Assembly: GCA_964534625.1 (NCBI GenBank)
Contig: CAZHRF010000012.1
Span: 8,501 to 72,500, forward strand
DNA: 64,000 nucleotides
Reading direction: 5' to 3'
DNA from: an uncultured archaeon
GTDB taxonomy: Archaea; Asgardarchaeota; Heimdallarchaeia; Heimdallarchaeales; Heimdallarchaeaceae
Part shown: one piece after another, positions 52,794-62,738 of the stretch
Layout: every line of letters begins with the position of its first letter
How positions within the stretch are numbered: position 1 is the first letter of the stretch
Made by a program: the position numbers and the translations under genes
The notes under the pieces: model-generated
What the model saw: the letters and a program-made list of their open reading frames with translations, nothing else
What the model was told of the DNA's origin: nothing
The model's database searches: none

Positions 52794-55349
52794 TTAGATA
52801 TAGGGGGTATAATTTTGAAAATCATCAATTGGTATAATTTTTACTTTTTCTTCAAATAATATTGAAATTGATTCTATAGCACCAATTTTATTTAATGGTT
52901 TATTTCCATTGCCACATTGCCAACTATAGGTACATCTAGGACACCCGTCTACGGTGTTACATGAACATTTCTTGAGTATTTCTAGTGATCTTGAGAGACC
53001 TATTTTTAGTCTATCATACAATAGTTTTGATAAACCCGAACCACCCTTTGCCCCATCATATACAAAAATCGTTCCACTATCACCCATAGACACACCACCA
53101 ATCTCGGCTGTACCGCCTCCAGTTAACATTGAACTCGATTCAATTAGAACATGTTCAACAGCGTGGAATGTCCCTCCAAGTAATTCTTCCGGAGCTTTTG
53201 ATGGGTATTTTTTCAATATTTTTTCTGGAGAAGGCATTGTAAACATAAAACCTTTGGTTTTAAAAGAATATTCTATAGGATCTATTTGTTCTATTGATTT
53301 TAACTCACTTGTATAAATATCAGATACTTGATAGCCAAATATTGTTTCATTTATTTGCAAATCACAATAACGTACTTCCATTCCAGCTATATCCTTTTTT
53401 TCAAGAATTTCCAGAACATAGGGCATAGCAAAACGCATAGCTGCAGTTTTGTGGGTAACAGGGGATATTTCTTCAAGCAACACCTCACCTGCTGATAATA
53501 AAGGATAATATGTAAATGTCTTTGATTGATAATACCTCCCTCCGTGTAAATATATCGCCCCAGGATGAAGCTCCCGAGCAGCCATAGGCATAGATCGCTC
53601 CCCAATATACTTCTTTTGAGTATTTTTGAGTTTAATTGTATCTCCAATTCCTCTAATTGAATATTTGCTGAGTTTTTTTATGCTTTCTTTTCTATTTTTT
53701 ATTTCTAATTTACCAGTATTGGTCTTTTTTAACAAATTATCATCCAATAATTGTTTAAGGACCGCTGAATAATCGATAAAATTAGCCAGATTTATCGATT
53801 TTTCTACCGCTGCGGCCAATAACTGATAATATGAAACAATTTCATTTTTAGGTTCTACAAAACCTTGTCTAATATCAGTGAAATACGTATCGGGATGAGA
53901 CATATAATAAGTACTGATAGGATCATTATCTCTAAGAATAAGAACACCAATAGATTCTTGACCTTTCCGACCAGCTCGACCTAATCTTTGCACAAAACTT
54001 GTGAAATCAACAATAGATGATACAACCGCATCTACATCACCGATATCGATGCCTAGTTCTAAAGTGGGTGTTGCTATAATACAATCTAACTTCCCGTTTC
54101 TAAACGCTTGTTCCGTTCTTTCACGATATTTTTGTGGTAATCCCGCTCTGTGAACAGCACTTCGTAATTTCATCTTTTTAGTCATTAAATTAACAATTTC
54201 CGTGTTTTTGTGGCTATTCTGAAAACAAAGAGTTTTATAATCTGAATGAACCAACTGTCTCATCACGTCTGCAGTTAGGGTATATTGACTGACAGTTGAT
54301 GGATATAACATGATCAAATATGTAGGAGATTTTCTTGCATCATCAATTTGAATAGTTTCGATAGGCCTATCAAATAATTGTGTTCCAAATTCTTTTGCAT
54401 TTCCTATTGTTGCAGAGGCACCTATAAATTGAAGCGGATAAGAGGTTAATCTATCTAATCTTTTCAATATAAAAAACAAATTAGAACCAAATGCTCCTAC
54501 AGCTACATGGATCTCATCAACAATAATGTATTTTACCGAACGTATAATGCTTCTAAAAACAGGCCGACGTAAATGATAGTGAAGCATGTCAGGATTAGTG
54601 ATCATAATATCGGGGGGATAAGAATAGATCTCTTCTCTTTTAGACACAGGAGTATCGCCATCAAATATTGCACAGGTTATTGACAACTTGTTCCCCATTT
54701 CTTTTACCTTTTTCTGCTGATCTTTAGCAAGAGCTTTGGTGGGGTAGATAATGATAGCTTGAACACCTCTTCGCATTAAAGGATTAGGGTTATCATTCCA
54801 TATACATTGAAGAACTGGGAGCAAAAACGCTTCTGTTTTTCCTGTACCTGTGGGGGCAACAATGATAGTATCCATTCCTTGGATAATTTTTTCAAAAGCT
54901 TCAACTTGAAATGAATACAAAGATGTAAAGCCTTTTTCTTTAAGATATTCATGTAAAGAAGAAGTTAATTCCATGGGGCGTTCAGCAAGAGCAGGAGATT
55001 TAGGAGGCAAATAATTAAAATAGACCAGATCAACATCTTGATTACTAATAATATTTAGAACAGCCTTTGGAATGCTTTCTGGATTAATATCACATTTCGT
55101 AAGTAAGGTTTTCTTTTCTTTGATTGTTTGCGGTGGTGAAAAGACGGGTGACGAACCGGGAACACTAAATCTCGAAGAGTGAATTTTACGTTCTTTGGAG
55201 ACAGTAGAGCGTTTAACCAAGGATTCATATGCTTGAGATTTATTTTCTGAATAAATCTTTTCAGAAAAACCACAGAAGCGACATTGGAATACATAAATAA
55301 AGTCATGCTCGCTTTTATCTAAAGGTTTTCCACAATCAGGACACTTCAC
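52794..55349 (-). CDS. DEAD/DEAH helicase with C-terminal DUF1998 (Hrq1/MrfA/SftH-like)
   Basis: Q motif LYSFQ, APTGTGKT, YPTKALA, DEIH, SAT, TLELGIDIG, QRLGRAGR, HAVEH, YDGAKGGSG, CSC..GCPRC...C. Confidence 0.92.
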   Translation of the reverse strand: MKCPDCGKPLDKSEHDFIYVFQCRFCGFSEKIYSENKSQAYESLVKRSTVSKERKIHSSRFSVPGSSPVFSPPQTIKEKKTLLTKCDINPESIPKAVLNIISNQDVDLVYFNYLPPKSPALAERPMELTSSLHEYLKEKGFTSLYSFQVEAFEKIIQGMDTIIVAPTGTGKTEAFLLPVLQCIWNDNPNPLMRRGVQAIIIYPTKALAKDQQKKVKEMGNKLSITCAIFDGDTPVSKREEIYSYPPDIMITNPDMLHYHLRRPVFRSIIRSVKYIIVDEIHVAVGAFGSNLFFILKRLDRLTSYPLQFIGASATIGNAKEFGTQLFDRPIETIQIDDARKSPTYLIMLYPSTVSQYTLTADVMRQLVHSDYKTLCFQNSHKNTEIVNLMTKKMKLRSAVHRAGLPQKYRERTEQAFRNGKLDCIIATPTLELGIDIGDVDAVVSSIVDFTSFVQRLGRAGRKGQESIGVLILRDNDPISTYYMSHPDTYFTDIRQGFVEPKNEIVSYYQLLAAAVEKSINLANFIDYSAVLKQLLDDNLLKKTNTGKLEIKNRKESIKKLSKYSIRGIGDTIKLKNTQKKYIGERSMPMAARELHPGAIYLHGGRYYQSKTFTYYPLLSAGEVLLEEISPVTHKTAAMRFAMPYVLEILEKKDIAGMEVRYCDLQINETIFGYQVSDIYTSELKSIEQIDPIEYSFKTKGFMFTMPSPEKILKKYPSKAPEELLGGTFHAVEHVLIESSSMLTGGGTAEIGGVSMGDSGTIFVYDGAKGGSGLSKLLYDRLKIGLSRSLEILKKCSCNTVDGCPRCTYSWQCGNGNKPLNKIGAIESISILFEEKVKIIPIDDFQNYTPYI

Positions 55350-55460
55350 AAGAATAATCCTAAGAAATCACTTAATAAATGTGATTAATTATAGAAGAAA
55401 TTAACAGAATACAACAAACTAAAAAAGAAGAAAAATATTTGCCATACAAGTGATATAAAA

Positions 55461-55727
55461 ATGTCTAAACAAAATGTAAGAAAGTGTAAATGGAAAACTG
55501 GTGTAAGTGGGAGATCTCCCGAAGGTCAAGTTAAAAGAATAGAATTTCCTTGTAGATACCCAGATGAGGAACTAACATCCGAATTATGTATGCAGTGTTT
55601 ATTAGGTGACATATTTTCTCTATTCTACACACAAACCATGGGGATGCAAAAATCAATGAACATGCAAGAAGAGATGATGGCTTTCTTGAAAAATTTTACC
55701 TCTGATGATTTTGGGGATATGAGATAA
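55461..55727 (+). CDS. Small Cys-containing hypothetical protein
   Basis: 88 aa, four Cys (C...C...CMQC), Met-rich C-terminal helix; divergent from the helicase. Confidence 0.55.
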   Translation: MSKQNVRKCKWKTGVSGRSPEGQVKRIEFPCRYPDEELTSELCMQCLLGDIFSLFYTQTMGMQKSMNMQEEMMAFLKNFTSDDFGDMR

Positions 55728-55756
55728 CTATTGGTTCAACTGCATGATTGAGTTTC

Positions 55757-58700
55757 TCAATCATATTTTTTCATTAATAATCTCCTCGTAATGCTAATTG
55801 TTGCAACCAATACCACGATTCCAGTTATTAATAAAGAACTGAATATTGGATATATCATTGGTAATGTATCACGAACTATAGTAAAATCTTCCAAATCTGA
55901 TGAAGGTTTAATAATAATCGTCGATGAAAATACTGTCCACCCATAACTACTCTGTGAACTTTCTGTTATTGATTTTATATCAACCCTTAAACATAGGCTA
56001 GGATTGAATACTTCATTCTCTTTATCTGAAGAAAAATCTGTTTCTAGAATTTCATATAATGACACATATTCAACAATCAATGGCGTGATTTCTATATCTT
56101 CTTCATACGTTTTCATTTTTATCTTTATACTAATACTATCATTTGGTAAAAGTTCGTAATTTGATATATACTGCACATGTATGCTTCCATCACTAAGTGT
56201 TGTATTCACAGGTATTATTTGTTCACTATTATTGTTATTCACTCCATTGAACGTACAATACATGTTAAGAATATCTGCAAAATTTAGCTTTGAAAATATT
56301 TGCGATACTGTTACAGAAGTATTTGATTCTCCCTCATTTGTTATAGAATATTCCAGTTTTACTGTATTATCCATTTGTTCAATACCATAAGAAACCCTAA
56401 TTTCAGGTAGAGGAAAACTCGAACCTATTTGTTCTGATACTTGATCAGGTATTAACAACCCTAAGGCTAAGGTTGATGTAACAATATGCTCTGCTTCTCC
56501 TCCGTAAACCCACGTATATGTTTCTTGATCCCAAGGATTTGTGACTTCTATAGGTTCTTGTCCTTCTTCTGAAGTAAAAGATATATACGCCATATAACTG
56601 TTTAAACCTAGATGGCTATTCGCTCGCAATGTAAATGTATAGTTAATCGCATCTCCTGCATCAAGTTGCTCTAGACTTAATGTTTTTATCACTTTACTTT
56701 CTATAGGTTCCCATTTGTAATCAAGTTTTATATTTTTAATATCTATACGTATACCTGTTGCAGTTATTGTCCCACTATTTGCCAATTGAATATTAAAGTT
56801 TACTTGATCGCCAATGGTATACATCGTTTCATTGATAGTTAATTTTGAGTGTATTATAGCTTCATCGTCTGCCAATTGTAAATTCAAACCATTAGTTAAT
56901 CCAAAGTATTCATATCCATTTTCATCTAGATACCTGTACCTACTCCCTATTGAAATGAACTTTTCTATTTCTTTATTGTATTTTGAAAGATATCTCCCTG
57001 TAATATTGTTTTTTGCAAAATTTACTTGCATTAGTGTTTTATAATCGCTCTTGACGGTTCTGAAAACCAAATAATCGTTTTCTTCACTCTTTCTTCCAAA
57101 AAGTGTAAAAACCCCAAATTCATCATTTATTGTGGGTATATTTGATAATGACCATGTAATAGTTTTTGTTTCATTTACTTTAAGACGAGGTATTAGTACT
57201 TCTAAATAGGTCTGATATGTGCCAGCATAATACTCAAAATCTTCCGAATCATATTGGAAGATAGGTTTATTTTCATACACACTGTCAAATACAGTTTGAT
57301 AGGTATAATTTGTTGTTTCGAAGAGTTTTGTAAGTAATTCATCCATATTTTGCTCAAAATTCACAATAAAAGCAGCTAGATCTTCTGTTTGCTCCTCAAT
57401 CCACGGTATTACTGATGTTTCCAACCCTTCCGCAAAGTCACTAGGTAACCCATTTGAGCAGCTCAAACTTACATTGATTGAATCATCTTGTACCAATTCC
57501 ATATTAGATGTACTTTTATCCCACCTGAACAACGTATCATTTGATTTATACCACCCTTCAATGTCTAATATTCTAAACTCACCATCATATTTGTAAGAAT
57601 AAGTATCTGAATCCACATTAATTATTAGTGTTAAATTAGAGGATACATCAGGATCAACATTTATGCCATCTTTCATCACAGTAATTATTTCGTCTTTGGT
57701 AATTAATTGATCCAATTCTTCTGGCATGGGAAACCTAATAGTTGTATTTATTGCATCTTTATCCCCTATATTCTCTGCAGTATATGTCATATTTAGCACC
57801 CCCTCTTCATTTAATAAGCTGTCGGAATAAAAATTATTAACTTGTACTTTCGGGTAATTTTGGATATTTTTTTCTCCTGGGATATAAGATAGGTTTGCAT
57901 CAAAAGCCCCATCTCTTTGAAAACCTGTTGTTTTTAAGACCCATTCAAAATTTCCTGTCAACTGAGCAGCCACATTATCGGGAACTGGTGAAACATTGGT
58001 TATATTACCATAGAAGGGTATTTTCAAAGTGACTTTTGATATAAGAGATGAAGCTTTAGGTACTATTTTTTCTCCTAGTACATTAGATATGGTGAATGTT
58101 TTTTTCTCGATTTCTTGCTCTATTTTTCCAAGTATTGATATAATTGCTGATCGTGATAATTTAGTGGTCTCTCTATTTTTTCCCATAGTAATTGTACAAC
58201 CAAATGCATAAATCATAGAATTATTTTTAATATGTTCATAAAAAACACCCTCTATGTTTCCATCTTCTCTTACAGCATTTGTTGAGAACATATCAGCATA
58301 AGTTTGGAGAGTCTTTGCTTCACTTATACTTCCAATCAACCCGATTATTGTCTTCTCTTGAACAGTAATCTTTTCATTAAACTTGAACAAGTGTATATTA
58401 TAAGCTTCAAAAATATCCTCTTTCACCTCATTTTGTATAGAATCGACAATGCTAGGAGATGTTGAATCAATCTGTATAATAATACTCAATCCATCAGGAA
58501 ACTGCCAAAGAGGATTTTCCCACACATGGGCGTATTCAGATTGTTTTGCCACTACAAGAGTGATTTTATCAACATATCTATATTTTAATGTAGTAAGATC
58601 TAAAGGTAATAAAACGGAACCACCTGTGTGTTCAAGTTTTACAATAGCTGAATCATTTCGACCTAATAAGAAATCAATTTTTTCTTCCTCAAAATTGGTG

Positions 58701-58957
58701 GAATAATTTTCCATTGATAATGTACTTTTTTCAGGCTTTGCTTGAATTGAGAAAGGATAGAGAGAGGGGAAAAGAAGGGAGAAGAATATCAGAATAATAA
58801 TAGTATTTCTTATATTTTCTACTTTTCTTTTTAGAAAAGGCATAAAGGAAGGACACATTTTCTTTTTCCCCTCACTAAATAATATAATTTTCAACTTTGA
58901 TAAAGCTTTTTTTCTAAATTTCTTAAAGTTCGAAGTTCTATTTTTCTCGAATCTCAT
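55757..58957 (-). CDS. Large secreted/surface protein with Ig-like (CARDB-type) domains and C-terminal anchor
   Basis: Hydrophobic signal near residues 52-70; YTAENIGDKDAINT, QLANSGTITAT and YSITNEGES beta-sandwich motifs; C-terminal TM plus RR/KK. Confidence 0.7.
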   Translation of the reverse strand: MRFEKNRTSNFKKFRKKALSKLKIILFSEGKKKMCPSFMPFLKRKVENIRNTIIILIFFSLLFPSLYPFSIQAKPEKSTLSMENYSTNFEEEKIDFLLGRNDSAIVKLEHTGGSVLLPLDLTTLKYRYVDKITLVVAKQSEYAHVWENPLWQFPDGLSIIIQIDSTSPSIVDSIQNEVKEDIFEAYNIHLFKFNEKITVQEKTIIGLIGSISEAKTLQTYADMFSTNAVREDGNIEGVFYEHIKNNSMIYAFGCTITMGKNRETTKLSRSAIISILGKIEQEIEKKTFTISNVLGEKIVPKASSLISKVTLKIPFYGNITNVSPVPDNVAAQLTGNFEWVLKTTGFQRDGAFDANLSYIPGEKNIQNYPKVQVNNFYSDSLLNEEGVLNMTYTAENIGDKDAINTTIRFPMPEELDQLITKDEIITVMKDGINVDPDVSSNLTLIINVDSDTYSYKYDGEFRILDIEGWYKSNDTLFRWDKSTSNMELVQDDSINVSLSCSNGLPSDFAEGLETSVIPWIEEQTEDLAAFIVNFEQNMDELLTKLFETTNYTYQTVFDSVYENKPIFQYDSEDFEYYAGTYQTYLEVLIPRLKVNETKTITWSLSNIPTINDEFGVFTLFGRKSEENDYLVFRTVKSDYKTLMQVNFAKNNITGRYLSKYNKEIEKFISIGSRYRYLDENGYEYFGLTNGLNLQLADDEAIIHSKLTINETMYTIGDQVNFNIQLANSGTITATGIRIDIKNIKLDYKWEPIESKVIKTLSLEQLDAGDAINYTFTLRANSHLGLNSYMAYISFTSEEGQEPIEVTNPWDQETYTWVYGGEAEHIVTSTLALGLLIPDQVSEQIGSSFPLPEIRVSYGIEQMDNTVKLEYSITNEGESNTSVTVSQIFSKLNFADILNMYCTFNGVNNNNSEQIIPVNTTLSDGSIHVQYISNYELLPNDSISIKIKMKTYEEDIEITPLIVEYVSLYEILETDFSSDKENEVFNPSLCLRVDIKSITESSQSSYGWTVFSSTIIIKPSSDLEDFTIVRDTLPMIYPIFSSLLITGIVVLVATISITRRLLMKKYD

Positions 58958-58958
58958 T

Positions 58959-59786
58959 CTAATACCACACTCGACCGTTCATGAATAAGAAAGCCCCTAT
59001 ATTCATTATGTAAACTACCAATAAAGCAATGAACCCCGCTTTTTCTACCCTTAGATCTTTCGTTATTATCAATGCTTCAATCAAGAGCCCGATGTATATT
59101 ATTTGAACAAACACTAAAACAACTATATACCATAATTCTAAGGAAAGCGGATTCTCCAGATATGATGGGTCAATAACAATCCATTGAATTAATGATAATA
59201 AAATTAATGGTAATTGGATTAGCATAATGGATTGTAATAAAGGAAGTTTACTTGTTTTTCTTCTTTGAAAAAATATTCCAATAATTTGACATAAGAAATA
59301 TGACACAAACGTTGATATCACAAATAAAATTGGTGCCATATAGTTTGGTTCAATATGACTTGGAAACAAAAAAATGGGCGCAATTCCAGATAAGTGTGTT
59401 AATAGGACATAACCACTATAGAATAATAGTATAAATCCAAAAAATTTGATAGGTTCATTTTTTATCTGCTTAAAGAGAGATCTTAACAATAAAGTGTGAA
59501 CAAATGAGAAAGGTCCTGTCATCATTAGTCTTGCTGCATTAATATCAATTTCTTCTTCTATTAAATTGAAGGCTTTTTCACCTTTTGGTGTTAAATAATA
59601 TTGTTTCTCAGCGTTCTGTGATAAAAGAGGCCCTAGAGCATCCAAATGATGATATAACGTACCAACCTTCATTCTCGAATAATTTTTTAGCTCAGTGAAT
59701 GACACGATGCCTTTTTCTCCAATAAAACGGATCAAATCGCGCCTACTTTCATTTGCAAGTGCCTTCCACATATCGGCTTCTGACAT
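58959..59786 (-). CDS. ArsR-type winged-helix regulator fused to a five-TM membrane domain
   Basis: KALANESRRDLI...SFTEL...GTLYHHL...YYLTPKG, then five hydrophobic helices. Confidence 0.75.
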   Translation of the reverse strand: MSEADMWKALANESRRDLIRFIGEKGIVSFTELKNYSRMKVGTLYHHLDALGPLLSQNAEKQYYLTPKGEKAFNLIEEEIDINAARLMMTGPFSFVHTLLLRSLFKQIKNEPIKFFGFILLFYSGYVLLTHLSGIAPIFLFPSHIEPNYMAPILFVISTFVSYFLCQIIGIFFQRRKTSKLPLLQSIMLIQLPLILLSLIQWIVIDPSYLENPLSLELWYIVVLVFVQIIYIGLLIEALIITKDLRVEKAGFIALLVVYIMNIGAFLFMNGRVWY

Positions 59787-59865
59787 TTAGTGACCTCTAG
59801 AACTAATTACAAACTAATAATTGTGCCAATTTATATAAGATTTAGCTTGTTATTTATAATTAATG

Positions 59866-61008
59866 CTAATATTCTTTTACCACATTATATAAAGTATCTC
59901 TTTGAACGGGATGTTTTCCAGCATCTTTTATGATTCGTATAAATTCGTCTTCAGATAGATATTCTCCATGTCTAGCACCTGCTGCTTTAGAAATATTTTC
60001 TCTAAATAATGTACCTCCCAAGTCATTCACTCCACAGTTCAATGCTATTTGAGCTGCTTTTGGGCCCATTTTTATCCATGATGCTTGGATATTAGGTATT
60101 TTCTTTTTAAAATATAGTCTAGCTGTGGAGAAAAGGGCCAAATCTTCTAATCCTGTACTCCCCCTTCTAGCCCCATATTTTCTATAAAGATCTGTATTAT
60201 CAGGTATATACTGCAATGGTACAAATTCAGTAAAACCACCAGTTTTATCTTGAATATGTCGTAAAATTGCCAAGTGTTCTGCTTGATCAGAAATCGCCTC
60301 TATATGCCCATACATCATCGTAGAAGAAGATTTTAATCCCACTTTGTGTCCAGTTATTACAATATTTGCCCATTCAGTAGCTTTTATTTTTTGAGGGCAA
60401 ATTACATTTCTAGTTGAATCAACCAATATTTCTGCTGCAGTACCCGGGAAGCTGTCTAAACCATGGTCCTTTAAATCTTGAAATACTTCAACAATACTTT
60501 TTCCCGATAAATTAGCCATATAAGCAACTTCTTGTGGGGAAAATGCATGAATATGAAGGCTCTCGTCTACTTCCCGTACTGTATGTAAAATGCTAATGTA
60601 AAAATCATAAGTCAAGTTTGGGTCTAATCCGCCTTGGATACAAACTTCTTTAACTCCCCGTTCAACTGCATTAATAGTTTCCTGCCTAATATCTGATAAA
60701 TTTAACCGTAAATCATTACGTGTTTTCTTGTATGGATCTTTATGGAAGGCACAAAAAAGACATCCACCTATACAATATGGAGTGAAATTAATATTTTGGT
60801 TGATCACAAAAGAAACATTGTTTCCAACTATTCTCTTCGTCAGGTCATTTGCTTCTCTAATTTGTATTAACAAGTCATTATCTCTTTTATTGAGCAGTTG
60901 CTCTAATTTCAGAATTTGTTCATGATTTTTTTCTCTGAAGTTTTGCAAATTTAGATGGCATTCATATTCAAATTTGTCTAATTTTTTTCTAATCAATATC
61001 TCCCACAT
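59866..61008 (-). CDS. cofH: FO synthase subunit CofH (5-amino-6-ribitylaminouracil:L-tyrosine 4-hydroxyphenyl transferase)
   Basis: NINFT, radical SAM CIGGCLFC, EVCIQGG, HIHAFSP, PGTAAEIL, NIQASW, NDLGGT; adjacent to cofG. Confidence 0.92.
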   Translation of the reverse strand: MWEILIRKKLDKFEYECHLNLQNFREKNHEQILKLEQLLNKRDNDLLIQIREANDLTKRIVGNNVSFVINQNINFTPYCIGGCLFCAFHKDPYKKTRNDLRLNLSDIRQETINAVERGVKEVCIQGGLDPNLTYDFYISILHTVREVDESLHIHAFSPQEVAYMANLSGKSIVEVFQDLKDHGLDSFPGTAAEILVDSTRNVICPQKIKATEWANIVITGHKVGLKSSSTMMYGHIEAISDQAEHLAILRHIQDKTGGFTEFVPLQYIPDNTDLYRKYGARRGSTGLEDLALFSTARLYFKKKIPNIQASWIKMGPKAAQIALNCGVNDLGGTLFRENISKAAGARHGEYLSEDEFIRIIKDAGKHPVQRDTLYNVVKEY

Positions 61009-62059
61009 CCTTTATTATTTTTTTAATTCTTCTTGGTAAATATTTTTCCATTCTAGGATACACAGGTAATCTTTCTTTTAATTCAAGATTTTTTTTTCTC
61101 AATATACACATCAACGCTTTTTCTTTTGGCCATACCTCTGTAGGGTTAATGTGATCTTTAGTCAAAGGAGATATACCCCCCAAATCATTGGAACCATGTT
61201 CAATTGCAGCTAATAATCTATGAGTGTTTAAATTAGGTGGAATTTGAAGACTAACATTTGGTGGAAGGATTAGTCTACCTAAAGATACGACAAGAAGATA
61301 TTCATTGTCGGTTACACCTTTTTTATTCTCAAATTCGGTTCCACAGATAGGATTAAAGTTTTGAATTATCACTTCTTGAATATGATTATATTTTTTTGCA
61401 AGATTCGCGATTACCTGAAGAGATTCTATTCTATCCTTTAAGGTCTCACCAATACCTATTAAGATACCAGTTGTGAAAGGTATCTTCAGTTTTCCAGCAT
61501 TTTTTATTGTCTTTAACCTTTGTTCTGGATTTTTACCAGGGGAATTATAGTGTGCTTTTCCTTTCTTCAATAACTCTTTACTCGTTGTCTCAAGCATTAA
61601 TCCCATGCTTGCATTTACTTTCTTTAGCACTTTTAATTCTTCATAGTCCAATATTCCAAGATTTGAGTGAGGTAATAATTTTCTTTCCAAAGCTAATTCG
61701 CATAATTGTTTCACATAAAAGACAGTAGAACTATATCCTTTATCTTCAAGTATCCTTTTTGCACTTTTATATTTTAATTCCGGTTTTTCACCCATTGTCA
61801 ACAATACTTCTTTACAAGAGAGTTCTTGGGCTTTTGTTAACAAATTCAAATATTCTGTGTGTTCTATCCACGTTTTAGGATTATCAGAGACAAAACCACA
61901 ATATGAGCATTTATTTCTACATTGTCTAGTGACGGGTACAAATATATTTTTTGAAAAACTAATAAAATTACCATAATATTTTTTTCTTAATTCATTTGCT
62001 TTTTCTCTCAATTCATCAGGATCATTTACATATACGTCCATAAAGTCTTGTTCAACCAT
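60989..62059 (-). CDS. cofG: FO synthase subunit CofG
   Basis: SFSKNIFVPVT, CRNKCSYC, GEKPE, SMGLMLE, PFTTGILIGIGE, QIPPNL, DLGGISP, INP. Confidence 0.93.
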   Translation of the reverse strand: MVEQDFMDVYVNDPDELREKANELRKKYYGNFISFSKNIFVPVTRQCRNKCSYCGFVSDNPKTWIEHTEYLNLLTKAQELSCKEVLLTMGEKPELKYKSAKRILEDKGYSSTVFYVKQLCELALERKLLPHSNLGILDYEELKVLKKVNASMGLMLETTSKELLKKGKAHYNSPGKNPEQRLKTIKNAGKLKIPFTTGILIGIGETLKDRIESLQVIANLAKKYNHIQEVIIQNFNPICGTEFENKKGVTDNEYLLVVSLGRLILPPNVSLQIPPNLNTHRLLAAIEHGSNDLGGISPLTKDHINPTEVWPKEKALMCILRKKNLELKERLPVYPRMEKYLPRRIKKIIKDVGDID

Positions 62060-62065
62060 TTTAAA

Positions 62066-62734
62066 TTAGCCTTCCAATGTTAAGGTAAATAAAATCCCCG
62101 GTCCAATTTTTTTAGTGTTTACTATTGTAAATTTTGGGGCATCATCTATTCTTCTATCGACATCAAGATTAAACAGATTTAAACCATTTTTACTTCCTGT
62201 TAAGTAAGGTGCAACATAAAGAAACATTTTATCTACCAAGCGATTTTTTATCAAACTAGTTATTATCGTGCCTCCACCTTCAACTAAAATTTTTCCCATT
62301 GAGTATTTTTTTGCTAATATATCAAATATTTCTCCAAAATTTAATCTTCCACATTCATTTTGTTTAACTTGTTCTATCAAAGCGCCTTTATTTTTAAATC
62401 TCTTTTGTTTTTTCTCATTTACTTTATTACTGCAAAAAATAATTACGGGTGATGTGTCTATATCTTTGAAGATTTTTGCGTTAAGAGGAGTTCTACAAAA
62501 AGAGTCCAAGATTATTCTATTAGGCTGTTTAACCGTCTCAGATAGACGAATTGTCAATAAAGGATTGTCTATTAATATTGTGTTAATTCCTACAAGAACC
62601 CCATTAACAGTTGCCCTTAATTGATGAACACGTTTCCAATCGCTTTTTGATGATAGAGATAGTGATCCTTTATCTGATGCTATTATTCCATTTAATGTAC
62701 TCGCAACATTAATAATGACTTCCGGTCTGTTCAC
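62066..62734 (-). CDS. 2,5-diamino-6-(ribosylamino)-4(3H)-pyrimidinone 5'-phosphate reductase (RibD C-terminal domain only; ArfC/Rib7 type)
   Basis: ASTLNG, VHQLRA, VGINTILIDNPLLT, LVEGG; no N-terminal Zn deaminase domain. Confidence 0.88.
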   Translation of the reverse strand: MNRPEVIINVASTLNGIIASDKGSLSLSSKSDWKRVHQLRATVNGVLVGINTILIDNPLLTIRLSETVKQPNRIILDSFCRTPLNAKIFKDIDTSPVIIFCSNKVNEKKQKRFKNKGALIEQVKQNECGRLNFGEIFDILAKKYSMGKILVEGGGTIITSLIKNRLVDKMFLYVAPYLTGSKNGLNLFNLDVDRRIDDAPKFTIVNTKKIGPGILFTLTLEG

Positions 62735-62738
62735 TATA

